A DNA stretch of 64,000 nucleotides from Lama glama (Eukaryota), in the NCBI GenBank assembly GCA_028534125.1, contig CM052817.1:5954001-6018000 (forward strand), read 5' to 3'. The notes beneath the pieces are model-generated. The model saw only the letters and a list, made by a program, of their open reading frames with translations. It searched no databases and was not told the origin of the DNA. Shown one piece after another: positions 63,187 to 64,000 of the stretch. A program made the position numbers and the translations under genes. Position 1 is the first letter of the stretch; each line of letters begins with the position of its first letter.

Positions 63187-63609
63187 GCGAAAAGGTGGTC
63201 TTCGGAGCAAAGTGTTCTTACCTTCGGTTTATTCTGGTTTAGGCTGTTTGGTTCGCTTTCCCTCCCTGACTCAACAGGAGGAGGACAGAATGCCGGGAGG
63301 GGCGGCTGGTTCATCCTTTGGGTCCTGGGATGTTGAGAGCCGGGCGTCGGCACGGGACCATGACGACCGCAGCCCCTGAAGGAGTTACGCACAAGTTCAC
63401 AAACATGTATTTTTCTGCAGAGAAGTGAAACTCTCAGCAGATTTTTTAGTGGGATCTGAGACTTTCCTTCGGTCAGCACCCTTCTCCTGAGTAGATGAAA
63501 ATCTCTTCTGATCCATTCAGGGGGACGAGTTCAGGGTGTTCTACTCGTGCGCCTTGTGGAACAAATGCTACTGAAGAACTAAACCCATTTCTGGGTGTGC
63601 ACCTCCACT

Positions 63610-63640
<31 letters not shown>

Positions 63641-64000
63641 GCATTAACTCATCTCCCGCATATTTGGTACATAATGGAAATTCTGTCTTCTACTTTGTTA
63701 CCTTAAGTTTGGTTGTAGAAAAGTGGCCATTCTGGTCCCTCACCCACTCTGCAGTGTTCCTGAGTGTTCTCTACAAACAGATTTGTGCTTTCATTGACAC
63801 TTTTAAAAAATGATTCCCAGTGGTTTGCCTGAACTTACTGCAACAGCAGGTGTTAGGGGAAGAAAGAAACATTTTCAGGCCTTTGCTTTCTTTTTAAACA
63901 CCTTGATTTATGACAGTTGGGGAGGGAGTGTGCCTTTTGCCAAAAAAAAAAAAAAAGGAAAAGTAGAAATAGTCACTGAGGGAAAATATATAAAACTGTC

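Noticed and set aside
60019..63479. Short antisense and alternative-frame ORFs over ZNF518B
   Set aside because: Shadows of the real CDS.

Overview
Mammalian genomic DNA, probably a cetartiodactyl. The L1 3' tails are cetartiodactyl-type and I saw no Bov-A/BovB/PRE SINEs, so a camelid is plausible but unproven. A 500-N gap (44313-44812) splits the window. Right of the gap lie an orphan CpG island (~45.0-45.6 kb) and the ZNF518B gene on +: CpG-island promoter ~48.7-50.0 kb, non-coding 5' exons, and a single coding exon (CDS 59938-63186, 1082 aa), amid ancient MIR/L2/MER5/MLT relics. Left of the gap is a gene-free 43 kb region dense in LTR/ERV/L1 elements, strongly biased to the minus strand. 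It contains an old, roughly 7.5 kb unit in three diverged copies, two of which share a 344-bp near-identical tract. It also holds a full-length ferritin light chain (FTL) processed pseudogene with an IRE, split by a solo LTR, plus a young betaretrovirus-like solo LTR and a de novo 22-bp hairpin. The leading, untested hypothesis is that this is a one-strand 'TE-trap' / piRNA-cluster-like locus beside ZNF518B. Repeat family names are from recall and most boundaries are approximate unless TSDs are given.
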